A stretch of 64,000 nt of DNA from Somniosus microcephalus (Eukaryota): contig CM126208.1 in NCBI GenBank assembly GCA_052327205.1, positions 96,658,001 to 96,722,000 on the forward strand, read 5' to 3'. Below the pieces are notes generated by a model. The model did no database searches and was not told the DNA's origin. It worked only from the letters and a program-made list of their open reading frames with translations. Within the stretch, counting starts at the first letter, position 1. Every line of letters starts with the position of its first letter. The position numbers and the translations under genes were made by a program. Of the stretch, positions 1 to 11,906 are shown one piece after another.

Positions 1-233
1 GATTTAAGGGTACAATTAACATGAGTTGTTGTCCCTCAATGTTCCATGTGTTTCTTTATTTCATGATGATCTTTGCAGAGTATGAGATGCCTATATTTGC
101 CTTAGTTAGTATAATGTCGTTATGATTTGTTTGTATTTGTTTTTCCCTCCCATGTACCGTACTCTTGTCTTTGTTGCATTTGATTTGATATTTTTCCATT
201 TGCAATAAAATTTCATTTTTATTCATCAAACTT

Positions 234-530
234 GGTCTACAAGAGTCTTCTCTGCATTGCAGTTCCTGCGCCTAAGTCCAGATTATAGAATCTAAGGGGT
301 GAGTGGGTCGAACCACTCAAAGTTTTACTGTGCAAGAGAGAGAGGCCTCTAGAGAGAGAAACCTCAGGGAAACCTCTCGAGGAAAACCCCTTACACGGGG
401 CTCCTGCACCTGTGGCCGTGTATGGGGCTCTCGTACCTTGGTAAGTATACCTCACTGTAATCCAGACTTTTTGATCAACCGGCACCATGCCGGTCCCGTC
501 GGTGCCGGATAAAAAAGAGTTTCCTGTATC
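234..530. other. Structured 297-nt insert flanked by an 8-bp direct repeat
   Basis: TCAAACTT at 226-233 and 531-538; several nested inverted repeats inside (see findings). Confidence 0.5.
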
Positions 531-999
531 TCAAACTTCATAATGCTAACATTCTATGGCCTATACTTTCCTGTACAATATTGTAACAGTTTTATAATGA
601 TACAACAGTAATTTTAAAAATTGGCACAGAATTTTAAGCTGCATAGCAAAGCTTGAAGACAGTTGTAACTTAAAGGGGAAAAAAAAAAATCATAGTATAA
701 CAAAATGCTGAAATTCCGGTGGCAAAACTCAGAACATTTTAACAGAAAAAATAAGAAAACCAAAAAGAATTGTTAAAAAAATAACTTCGCATTTTTAAGG
801 GTGTAAAGAAAATCAAGGTTAAATATTAATTTATCTTGTGTTTTCTACCATATGTTGGGGAATATAGTAAATAATCAGAACCTTATTAATTGCATTACAT
901 AGAGAATACACATCAGAAACTCATGGTTTATGCAAAATAATTGGCCCATGCAAGTACCCCCTCCATTAACAGCACAAAAAAGGGCAGATTAATAATACG

Positions 1000-1255
1000 G
1001 CTGTGAGGGCACAGTAGGTGTACAGTGAATATCTGAACCATACAGACCAGAAAAATCCCAGATCTGGTCCCAGCTCTGTATCAAATTAGCTGATCTTAGT
1101 CCGTTGGCGGTCTTGAGTGCCTTGGTTTAGGAAATGGAAAATTGGCCAGGATTCCTGCTCATAATTGCTATCCAGTCAGCCTTGATTAAATGTGCATGTG
1201 TGTACGAAGACATGATCAGGCTCTGCTGTAATGCCCCTGGATTGAGTACTCTGTT
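1000..1255 (+). mobile_element. Degenerate tRNA-type SINE; related copies at about 22625-22870 and 29445-29560
   Basis: Shared motifs cccagg..tc..tgt.ctga.ttagctgat and gccagga.ttc.tgctc.taa...ctatc.agt. Confidence 0.45.
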
Positions 1256-1263
1256 GGCACTAT

Positions 1264-2139
1264 GGCCGGAATTTTGCCAGCGCTCAGGGGGTGGATTTGG
1301 AGGTGGGACATCCGGTAAAATCACAAAGATTGACAGTGGGTCGGAAACCCGCTGTCAACCCACCTCCAATCAACCTTCCCAAGTGTCGGGTCCCCGATTT
1401 GCGCATGGATCCGACACATAGCGGCGGGAAGAGGATTACAGCCACTTAATTGCTTGTTAACAGGTTGTTAACAGGCAGTTAACAGGCTTTTTCCAATTTT
1501 GACACTTCTACTGTGGGCTTCCTGACATCCGGACACCACGCCAGGTAAGTATGGCATGTTGTGAGTCTGCTGTAATGTTTATGCATTGATGACAGAGGCA
1601 GAAGTGGTGTGAGGGATCCAGTGGTGCACTGGCGAGTTTCAGAGGTAAGAAAATGTTGGGAATTTCATTTTTAATGCATTTAGACTTTTCTGTAGGCAAC
1701 AAGTTTTGAATTGTATGTGTAGTCCCACCTCATTGGGAGAACCTCTCTCACCAGTGACAGATCACTTCTGTAACCTCACCTGCAGCTGCCATCTGTTCTA
1801 GCCTAAGGAGGGAGTCACTGGAGAGCCTGGGTGCAAGAGCTCACCTGCGAACAGTGATCGTCAGTGTTTGCAGCACCTCAATGCTGTCAAACACTGAAAA
1901 ATCAACTGTCAAAAAAAATTGTGTGTGGTCCCTTTAAGAAAACCGGCAAATGACGCGTCTTCAAATGACATCATCTGACACTGGCTTCCTCTTAATTGGC
2001 CAGCAAGCCCGCAGGGCGGGCTTAACATGGCCAACTGACGTAAAATTACGTCTGTGGACCAGATGTAGTTGGGGCGGGACTGGAACCCGGAAGGCAGCTG
2101 ACCCGCTCCCAAGCCGCTTCGAAGCATAAAATCGCAGCC
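1264..2139. mobile_element. Non-autonomous TIR element (PIF/Harbinger-type MITE)
   Basis: Imperfect TIRs ggccggaatttt / aaaatcgcagcc; 3-bp TSD TAT; internal motifs shared with the 4659, 37837 and 39353 elements. Confidence 0.65.
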
Positions 2140-3544
2140 TATGGTCACATTAAACAGCAAAACTGCTCATCTTCCAGAAATCTACAAAGGTAACATTCAA
2201 CTCAAAGACATTAGATTACATGGAAATTAAGTACTTTTATTTACAAAATGTATTTGTGTACCATCACCATCTACTAGTTGGCTTTTTGAACATGCGCATT
2301 TATCTTCAATGAATAGCTGTACAATCAAATCAATATATATATATCTATACACATACAGGTCCTATTGAAAGTAAAGACTAATCTTTTTGGTTATTCAGTG
2401 TCAACTGTACTAATATACTTACAGCAATATATATGTTATCAAGTAAACTAATTATACTGGCATTTTTAATGATACAGTTAAGATACATCCAAGCAATTAA
2501 ATCTAACATAAAATTACTGCTGTTTAACCAGATTTTCCAATGAACGCAAAATGATTTAAGGCCTTTGTGAATTTGATTTTCCCCCATTTTAAATTAGACC
2601 CTAATTAAACTAAAAAAAACTCAAGTAGTTTAACAAAAAAAAACTACTGGTACAGTAAATCAAGTAATCAATCATCAACTATTTTAACTTCTCAAACATA
2701 AAATAAAGTCATTCAAAATCTTGCAATGCAAGAGGATAGAAAAGTGCAAGGAAACGCTTCATTTAAATTTTCTTGGTAAGCTATCAAGCCAGTGTCATGT
2801 ATTCTTCTATACCACAGGTATTTGTGCTTTTAAAAAAAAGGCTTGTTTCAATTATAAAATATAATTTCTGTAGTGTGTTAGCCCAGATTTTCATCCACAT
2901 AGCAAATTCCTGATCTTGGCCAGTTTGTCTTGGGACAAGGCATACTGAGTGAACTTGGAAAGCTGCACTTTTTGTATTGTGGGCACTGATGTCTACGTCA
3001 TGCTCTACCTGTAACTTCAGCAGAAGCTGCAGAAACCTCAGAAAAATGCCGAGGATTTTGATGGCTCTTATGCTGAAGTTATGGTCGATGAGCTGGAGAA
3101 CTACTTCAGAACTCATCCCATTTCTTTTTCTATTATATTAGAGGAAGTTTCTAGATTAAATGTGGACTTAGAATTTGTAATGGAAAAAGTTGGCAGGAAG
3201 TGCATACAGGCATAAGATTTGTATTACGTTATACAGATACGGTTACATGGTTTTGTTTTCTTTTTTGACAGACATGCATTTATTTTTGGTTAGCTTTCTT
3301 CTGTTTTATATATTTTTGCTTTTGCAATGTTCCAAATTTATCTCAGTCATGTTTCAGTTGAATGACATCCAATCATATATTGTGCTACCATATGGTATGC
3401 TCAAATCAACAACATCTTGCTGTTATGTTGAAATGTTAAAGTGTCCTAATCCAAATTGTACACTCCCGGGAGCCGCAAGCCTACATTTCGTTGTACTGCA
3501 CTTGTGCACTAACAATGACAATAAAAGTTGATTTGATTTGATTT

Positions 3545-3900
3545 GATTATTCAGCGCCTTTAATGTAGAAAAAATCCCAAGGCACTTCAAAGATATAATC
3601 GGGCAAAAATGGACACAGAGACAAGAAACAGATATTAGGAAGGGTGATCAAAAGCTTGGCCAAAGAGGCGGAAAGAAACATGGAGACATAGGGGTTTAAG
3701 AGAAGGAATTCCAGAGCATTGGGCCTAGATGGCTGGTGACACGGCTGCCACTAGTGGAGCAAGAGGCTGGGGGGGATTGCACAAAAGGTCAAAGTCAGAG
3801 GAACGGAGAGTTCATGGAGGGTGGGGATGAGTATGGCTGGAGGTTTCAGAGATAGACCATGAATTACGGATGCAACAGGAAACATTATTTTTAATGTGTG
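3545..3900 (-). mobile_element. Degenerate L2 LINE 3' fragment
   Basis: Similar to the L2 tail at 53497-53997 (gatattagga...gtgaccaaaagcttgg). Confidence 0.55.
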
Positions 3901-4658
3901 CATATAAGTAGCCGCATTTCTGAAATTATTCAATAATATTACCTGATGAGGTTGCTTTGTTACTTTTATTGGTTTTATTTTCACTTTAAAAATCTTATGA
4001 GAATTGTATAGGTAGAATTGCAGAATGGTAATAATTTTATTTTAAATATCTATTATTTGTGTATTCTTTCTCATAAGCAGTTTGCAATGTGCCTTAACCC
4101 TCTTCATTTTACGGGAGATTTTTAATTTCCTTTTCCCTTCTTTTCTAAATATAAAAGATATCCCTTTTCGGACACCCCATTTCTCAGGTGGCAGAACAAG
4201 CAAATATGTGCTCTAAGAATTGTATCACAGCATCTTTGGGAACTATCCCTTTCTGTCTTTCATATAGAAACTTTACAAAAAATGAACAGTTTCAATATAC
4301 CAGTACATTCACTGTTAGTTATATTAATCCTTTTTCTGTTGCAGTTTTGTGTGTAGAAATTTCAATATTATAATTCGAGAACATACTTTTATTTAGGTCT
4401 ACTGTATTTGTGATAGCAATATAAAGTTTCAAGCCTTGTGTTGTGACTATTTGAAACATAGGGTTGCTAAAATTTGTTTTAAATGAGTTCTCTCGTGTCT
4501 GGAGCTATTCCTGTTCAATTAATCAAGTTTTCAAAATAATTAAGGAACTTGGGGTTGTAAATTTTGAGGTAATCCCTTCACTGTAACCAAGCTGAAATTT
4601 TCAAAATTATAATGGGAATTGGTAAAGTTGATTACTGCAAATTGTTCATTATCACAAA

Positions 4659-5410
4659 GGACTGGATTTTCCAAGCCCCGAGGGGGCGGGCACGGAGGCG
4701 GGACAGCCGGTAAATTAGGAGAAAGTGGGGGTGGATGGCAAACCCGCCCCCATCCCTCCTCCGTGCCCTTTTAACAGGAGGCGGGAAGATGTGCTGCTTC
4801 GGATCCCGTCTCCTGGAGGCGGGAAAGGCATTTAATCCTTTTAACTGCCTGTTAACAGGCAGAAAAAAGGATTAATGCCATTTTACCTTCACAGGTGAAG
4901 GCTTTCCGATCTCGGAGAACCCCGCCAGGTTGGAGGAGACGTGAAGGAGGTCTGCGGGGGTCGGAGGCACCTGGAAGTAAGATGTAGAGGTGAGTGATGG
5001 GTGCAAGTGTGGAGTGGTAAATATGTAAGGTGAGTGATAAGTTTAAAAAAATGATCACTTACCTTGTTTTCTTCCTACAGCCTTCAGCCGCACTGGATCG
5101 GGAGAGCCGACATCCTCCTTGTCAATTTCACAGACTGGCTGTTGGAACCTCCAACCAACAGCCATGTGAAATTTACAAAGTTGAAAGGTTTGATGAGTCC
5201 TGAACACAAGAACTCATCAAACTAAAGAGAATGTCAGTGTTTTCCTCTGTCAGTGACTTCCTCCCTAATTGGCCTGCTGAGCCCTCAGGGCGGGCTTAAC
5301 AAGGTCAATCAAGGGAAAATCTCTGGTTGGTCAGGCGAGGATGGAGGCGGAGCACAAACGACAAGCAGCAGTCCCGCCTCCAACTTGTCTCCATTCACAA
5401 AATCCAGCCC
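4659..5410. mobile_element. PIF/Harbinger-type MITE
   Basis: TIRs ggactggatttt / aaaatccagccc; TSD AAA; internal hairpin gtttgatgagt...actcatcaaac near 5188-5222. Confidence 0.7.
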
Positions 5411-5554
5411 AAAGGGTTCAAATACCAGGGAATATAAATTAAAGATTAGGGAGTCTGGAATAAAAAGGGAAGTCAGGCAGAAAAAGAGACTTGTGGAATA
5501 AATTACCAGGGAAGGCCATTGAAGTGGACTGTGTAAATAGATTCAAGAGATAAT

Positions 5555-6268
5555 GGGGGAGAAATTGGGTGAGTAGCGCCACCTGTTAGCGCCTAAAGAG
5601 GCAGTCAGTGGCTGTAGCGCCACTGGCTGCGTCTCCCGCGATATTCAGTAGGGGCGCTAATGGTGGCGTTAGGCATTTGCGCTGCGCCGCTACCGATGAC
5701 GTCATCGGTGTGCACAGCACCCCATTCGTGCCCCGTTCGCGATATTTGGTAGCGAACGCCGCAGTTGCGCCGCTCGCTACCCACGCCCGGTTCACGGGGC
5801 CTTACTGTGCCGGCAGCGGCGCAAGTTAAGGTGGAGGTGCGGGGCGGCCGCTTTTTCGGCGGCCGCCTGCCAGCACCTCCGTCCCCGGCCTCCTAAACCT
5901 CCCCCCCCCCCGCGGCATTGCCGGCTGTTTCCCGAGAGCCCGGCACTTCTCCTTGGTGCCGGGCTCATTTGCCGGCACTCGCGAGCGGGGATCGCGCTGT
6001 TGCAGGCACCTCCCCCTTAACAGTGGGAGGAAGGCCTGCAGTACCGCAGCGTGCCGTGCCGCAGCGTGTGGCGCTGCGGCACGTTGCGCTGCGATAATCA
6101 GTTTCAGCGCCCTAAGAGGGACGCGGAGCGCCTCGAGCCTTGCCCCGTGTCCCTCGAGGGGCACTGAAACTGAATTTCTGGCGATCGGTATCACTCCGAT
6201 CGCTGCGCTAAATCCTGCGCTCAGTGGACTTTTGCGCCACTTTGGCGCCCCAACCCAATTTCTAGGCC
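5555..6268. mobile_element. GC-rich PIF/Harbinger-type MITE
   Basis: TIRs gggggagaaattgggt / acccaatttctaggcc; TSD AAT; same family as 25323-26020. Confidence 0.75.
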
Positions 6269-6649
6269 AATATCTGGAGACAGAAAGGTTGCTGTCATAT
6301 TCATTTAGCTATGTTTGATTATTTGTTACTTGCATGCTATATTTTTTATTGAGTGTGCTTTACTAGTTTTTGAGCTGTGGCAAGTTGTGTGGTCATCAAT
6401 CTCTTGTGTTGTTTGAAGTAGCTGGTCTTTGTCTGGTGTAAAATCCATTCAGTAGCAAATCAATATCTAATGTGAAATTAACTAAAGGATCTTTAGTTCA
6501 GAGTGACGAGATATTTTGTGCTGTGCTGTTTTCTTCCAGAGTGTTCCATTTTACCTTTCCCTTTTAATTTTCTTCCCTCTTCTGAATAAGTGAGGATCGG
6601 ATTCCACTTCGGTCGTATTTTTATTAGTTATTGTGGCTAATGTTCCAGC

Positions 6650-7641
6650 ACTGGTCCCTTGTTGTTTGTGATCTACATAAATGATTTGGATGAGAATGTA
6701 AAAGGGATGATCAGTAAGTTTGCAGATGACACGAAAATTGGTGGGGTGGTAAATTGCGAGGAGGAAAGCCTCAGGCTACAGGACGATATAGACGGGTTGG
6801 TCAGATGGGCGGAAAAGTGGCAAATGGAATTTAACCCTGAAAAGTGCGAGGTGATGCATTTTGGACGGACAAATAAGGCAAGGGAATACACAATGAGTGG
6901 TAGGACCCTAGGAAGTACAGAGGGTCAGAGGGACCTCGGTGTACATGTACATAGATCTCTGAAGGCAGCGGAACAAGTAGATAAGGTGGTTAAAAAGGCA
7001 TATGGGATACTTGCCTTCATTAGCCGAAGCATAGAATATAAGAGCAGGGAGGTTATGATGGAGCTGTACAAAACGCTGGTGAGGCCACAGCTGGAGTATT
7101 GTGTGCAGTTCTGGTCGCCTCACTATAGGAAGGATGTGATTGCTTTGGAGAGGGTGCAGAGAAGATTCACCAGGATGTTACCTGGGATGGAGCGCCTCAG
7201 CTATGAAGAAAGACTAAACAGGCTGGGGTTGTTTTCCTTGGAGCAAAGAAGGCTGAGGGGGGACCTGACTGAGGTGTACAAAATGATGAGGGGCATAGAT
7301 AGGGTAGACAAAGAGGAACTTTTCCCCTTAGTAGGGGGGTCAATAACAAGGGGGCATAGATTCAGGGTAAGGGGCAGGAGATTTAGAGGGGATTTGAGGA
7401 GGAACTTTTTCACCCAGAGGGTGGTTGGAATGTGGAACTCAATGCCTAAAAGGGTGGTAGAGGCAGGAACCCTCACAACATTCAAGAAGCATTTGGATGA
7501 GCACTTGAAATGCCATTGCATACAAGGCTATGGACCAAATGCTGGAAAATGGGATTAGACTGGACAGGGATGGATGGGCGGCGCAGACACGATGGGCCGA
7601 AGGGCCTCTTTCTGTGCTGTAAAACTCTATGACTCTATGAC
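6650..7641 (+). mobile_element. CR1 LINE, 5'-truncated; ORF2 RT C-terminus open for 299 aa
   Basis: YINDLD...KFADDTK...LEYCVQFWSP...RRNFFTQRVV; 3' UTR ends in a (CTATGACT)-type tail. Confidence 0.95.
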
Positions 7642-8295
7642 ACTGCAAGCTGCAGCAGTAACTGAAATTTTAAATTTAGTGCATTCAAAGCTGAGAGCAA
7701 GTGTGTCTGGTACGTGGGACTCTAATTACATAACAGCTGCTTTGTTACAAAAATAACTCATTAGGAATGAATCAGATTAGTCTAGTTGCACACCTGCGTA
7801 TTTAAAAACAGAACAGATGCCAAGGAATATCTGAACACCAAAAGTATTCATCTCAGTTGTAATTTAAAAAAAAATGTTTATGCAGTGTGAGATTGGTCTC
7901 TTGAAAATATCAGGCTTTCTGCAGCTCTTTGCTCAAGATGTTCTCTATAGCTATATACGGAACGGGATGTTTCAGCCCCTGGAATCATTTCACTTTTGAC
8001 ATACATCCAATATTATGGAATTTGAATGTTGATATTATTTTCCAAACTTAGTCTGACTTCAACTGCATAGATATTTAGTGTACACTAATACATGAAAAAT
8101 GGATGATTTGCTATCACTGATATAAAAAAATTCCATGTGAATATCAAGAGCTTACCACACTGCAGAATTGAACCTCAGATACCCCATAAACCATACAGTA
8201 CATACATTTTGTAGGACTATTTACCATCACACATACAAATACAAATTCATCTTCATATCCCTTAGTATAATCATCCTTAGTTCTTATGAGCGGTT

Positions 8296-8363
8296 CTACG
8301 ATGCCCATGCTGTTAAATGTTTCATACCTTCATCATCTTCCTGTGTTTTCTTCTTAGTTTTAA
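8296..8363 (-). CDS. CHMP4C: CHMP4C coding exon 5 (terminal, 68 nt including TAG)
   Basis: ttctcctttctag|TT; encodes VKTKKKTQEDDEGMKHLTAWAS*, which has the M/I-x-x-L-x-x-W ALIX-binding helix of CHMP4 proteins. The five exons total 669 nt = 222 aa plus stop. Confidence 0.92.
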
Positions 8364-8764
8364 CTAGAAAGGAGAAAGTTATACAAATATTTCAATATGC
8401 TTGATAAATTGACTTTTTTCACACGGAAAGAGTACAATCTATCTATATCTATAAAAGACCTCTTCTGTCTGTCTGTTCTCTATACACGCAAAAGTTATAG
8501 AGCGTACCTACACGTGTGTTACATCAAAAGAAAGCTTACGATTCCGGACCGGTCATAGGCGTATTTACGTTTCGGTGAGACAAAATTTGTGCCCACGGTA
8601 TCCCAAAAACGTTCAAAATTCCGCTCATTATCCCCTCATTAGCATTGAGTGACTGTGATGTCGAAGAGCTGCTATGATGTCAGAGCAGTTTTTGTGCTGT
8701 CATAAAGAAATCAATGCTTTCACTGTGCCCAGCCTACTCAGCTGGGGTGACTCGGGCCGGGCCT

Positions 8765-10155
8765 CTTCCTCTCTTCTCTCTCTCTCTCCCTCTCTCCTCC
8801 AGACTCTCCCTCCTCCAGTCTCGCTCTCTCTCCCCATCTCCCCAGTCTCTCTCTCTCTCTCCCCATCTCTCTCTCCCCCCTCAGTCGCTCTCTCTCTCTC
8901 CCAGTCTCTCTCTCTCTCTCCCAGTCTCTCTCTCTCCCAGTCTCTCTCTCTCTCCCAGTCTCTCTCTCTCTCCCAGTCTCTCCCTCCTCCCAGTCTCTCC
9001 CTCCCCCCCACTCTCTCCCTCTCCCCCCAGTCAAATTTTTTTCAAATTCAAATGCTTTATTGGCACGATAGTTTACAGGGAACCATATTGCCAAGCTTAC
9101 ATAAAAAAAAGTACAGGTTTCTAACATTCTGTAGGTGTCAAACAATTTTGACCTTCGTTGGGTACAGACAGTATTAATTTAAACAGTCGTTGACCCTCGT
9201 TGGATACATTCAGTATTAAATTAAACAGTCGTTGGGTACATTCGGTATTGATTTAAACATTTTTAGAGTATATATGCTATGGGTGTGCTCGTTTGTCACC
9301 CACTGTTCCTCAGGTTGTGACATGTTGTTACATATTGGGCACCAAGATACGGTCTGTCTCCTTCCCCAGGACTATTCTTAATTTTGACAGGTCATCCAAT
9401 TCTTTGAAATCTGGGGTTGTAAGGCTGAGCTTGTCAAAAGGCTGAGTCTCTCTCTCTCCCCCACTCTCTCCCTCTCCCTCCACTCTCTCCCTCTCCCCCC
9501 AAGTCTCTCTCTCTCTTTCTCTCCCCATCTCTCTCTCTCTCCCCTCAGTCTCTCTCTCTCTCCCCCTATCTCCCCAGTCTCTCTCTCTCTCCACAGTCTC
9601 TCTCCCTTCCCCGTCTTTCTCTCTCTCTCTCCCCCCCCCAGTCTCTCTCTCTCTATCTCCCCATTCTCTCTCTCTCTCTCCCCAGTCTCTCTCCTCTCTT
9701 CCTNNNNNNNNNNNNNNNNNNNNNNNNNNNNNNNNNNNNNNNNNNNNNNNNNNNNNNNNNNNNNNNNNNNNNNNNNNNNNNNNNNNNNNNNNNNNNNNNN
9801 NNNNNNNNNNNNNNNNNNNNNNNNNNNNNNNNNNNNNNNNNNNNNNNNNNNNNNNNNNNNNNNNNNNNNNNNNNNNNNNNNNNNNTCTCTCTCCATCTCC
9901 CCATTCTCTCTCTCTCTCTCCCCAGTCTCTCTCTTCTCTCCCCCCCGTCTCTCTACTCTCTCTCTCCCATGTCTCTCTCGCTCTACCCCAGTCTCTCTCT
10001 CTCTTCCCCTCAGTCTCTCTCTCTCTACCCCAGTCTCTCTCTCTCTTCCCCTCAGTCGCTCTCTCTCCCCCCCCCTCAGTCTCTCTCTCTGTCTCCCCAG
10101 TCTCTCTCTCCCTCTCTCTATCTTCCCATCTCTCTCTATCTCTCACTCACTCTCT
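8765..10155. repeat. (CT)n / CCCAGTCTCTCT low-complexity tracts, interrupted by a LINE fragment and a gap
   Basis: Seen directly. Confidence 0.95.
9030..9446 (-). mobile_element. RTEX-like LINE 3' end inside Helitron A
   Basis: Minus strand encodes FDKLSLTTPDFKELDDLSKLRIVLG and (after a frameshift) AQYVTTCHNLR, followed by a 3' UTR ending AATAAAGCATTTGAATTTGA. Confidence 0.55.
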
Positions 10156-11554
10156 NNNNNNNNNNNNNNNNNNNNNNNNNNNNNNNNNNNNNNNNNNNNN
10201 NNNNNNNNNNNNNNNNNNNNNNNNNNNNNNNNNNNNNNNNNNNNNNNNNNNNNNNNNNNNNNNNNNNNNNNNNNNNNNNNNNNNNNNNNNNNNNNNNNNN
10301 NNNNNNNNNNNNNNNNNNNNNNNNNNNNNNNNNNNNNNNNNNNNNNNNNNNNNNNNNNNNNNNNNNNNNNNNNNNNNNNNNNNNNNNNNNNNNNNNNNNN
10401 NNNNNNNNNNNNNNNNNNNNNNNNNNNNNNNNNNNNNNNNNNNNNNNNNNNNNNNNNNNNNNNNNNNNNNNNNNNNNNNNNNNNNNNNNNNNNNNNNNNN
10501 NNNNNNNNNNNNNNNNNNNNNNNNNNNNNNNNNNNNNNNNNNNNNNNNNNNNNNNNNNNNNNNNNNNNNNNNNNNNNNNNCNNNNNNNNNNNNNNNNNNN
10601 NNNNNNNNNNNNNNNNNNNNNNNNNNNNNNNNNNNNNNNNNNNNNNNNNNNNNNNNNNNNNNNNNNNNNNNNNNNNNNNNNNNNNNNNNNNNNNNNNNNN
10701 NNNNNNNNNNNNNNNNNNNNNNNNNNNNNNNNNNNNNNNNNNNNNNNNNNNNNNNNNNNNNNNNNNNNNNNNNNNNNNNNNNNNNNNNNNNNNNNNNNNN
10801 NNNNNNNNNNNNNNNNNNNNNNNNNNNNNNNNNNNNNNNNNNNNNNNNNNNNNNNNNNNNNNNNNNNNNNNNNNNNNNNNNNNNNNNNNNNNNNNNNNNN
10901 NNNNNNNNNNNNNNNNNNNNNNNNNNNNNNNNNNNNNNNNNNNNNNNNNNNNNNNNNNNNNNNNNNNNNNNNNNNNNNNNNNNNNNNNNNNNNNNNNNNN
11001 NNNNNNNNNNNNNNNNNNNNNNNNNNNNNNNNNNNNNNNNNNNNNNNNNNNNNNNNNNNNNNNNNNNNNNNNNNNNNNNNNNNNNNNNNNNNNNNNNNNN
11101 NNNNNNNNNNNNNNNNNNNNNNNNNNNNNNNNNNNNNNNNNNNNNNNNNNNNNNNNNNNNNNNNNNNNNNNNNNNNNNNNNNNNNNNNNNNNNNNNNNNN
11201 NNNNNNNNNNNNNNNNNNNNNNNNNNNNNNNNNNNNNNNNNNNNNNNNNNNNNNNNNNNNNNNNNNNNNNNNNNNNNNNNNNNNNNNNNNNNNNNNNNNN
11301 NNNNNNNNNNNNNNNNNNNNNNNNNNNNNNNNNNNNNNNNNNNNNNNNNNNNNNNNNNNNNNNNNNNNNNNNNNNNNNNNNNNNNNNNNNNNNNNNNNNN
11401 NNNNNNNNNNNNNNNNNNNNNNNNNNNNNNNNNNNNNNNNNNNNNNNNNNNNNNNNNNNNNNNNNNNNNNNNNNNNNNNNNNNNNNNNNNAGTCTTTCTC
11501 TCTCTCTTGCATCGCGGGGGGCGTTTCATTCCATGTGTGGGCGGGCCTAATACT

Positions 11555-11906
11555 CAGAATCACAGAAACCCCACAGTGCAGATGGAGGCCATTTCGGCCC
11601 ATCGAGCCTGCACCGACACATATCCCACCCGATCCCCGTAACCACTACACCAACACATATCCCACCCTATCCCTATAACCCCACGTATTTAATCCCCCTA
11701 ACACTAAGGGTCAATTTATCATAGCCAATCAACCTAACCCGCACATCTTTGGACTGTGGGAGGAAACCGGAGCACCCGGAGAAAACCCACGCAAACATGG
11801 GGAGAATGTGCAAACTCCACACAGACAGTCGCCCGGGGTCGGATTCGAACCAGAGTCTCTGGCACTGTGAGGCAACAGTGCTAACCACTATGCCACCGTG
11901 CTGCAG
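11555..11906 (-). mobile_element. HE1-like V-SINE (tRNA head, V core, CR1-type tail)
   Basis: Minus strand reads GCAGCACGGTGGCATAGTGGTTAGCACTG...GGTTCGAATCC...GTGTGGAGTTTGCACATTCTCCCC...CTCCGGTTTCCTCCCACAGTCCAAAGA. Confidence 0.9.

Noticed and set aside
440-448. Minus-strand ATACTTACC resembling the 5' end of U1 snRNA
   Set aside because: The following sequence is not U1; it is just the complement of a splice-donor consensus.
5586-6318. GC-rich ORFs / apparent CpG-island promoter (also 25236-26017 and 34235-35048)
   Set aside because: They lie within TIR- and TSD-bounded MITEs and show no recognisable protein similarity.
6659-7558. 299-aa ORF as a host gene
   Set aside because: 5'-truncated CR1 reverse transcriptase with its typical 3' tail.
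1-8295. Expected neighbour SNX16 (and SLC10A5/IMPA1 at the right end)
   Set aside because: No exon matching these proteins was recognised in the window.
10581-10581. Single C inside an N run
   Set aside because: Assembly or masking artefact.
11790-11906. tRNA-like A/B boxes
   Set aside because: This is the head of a V-SINE, not a cloverleaf tRNA gene.
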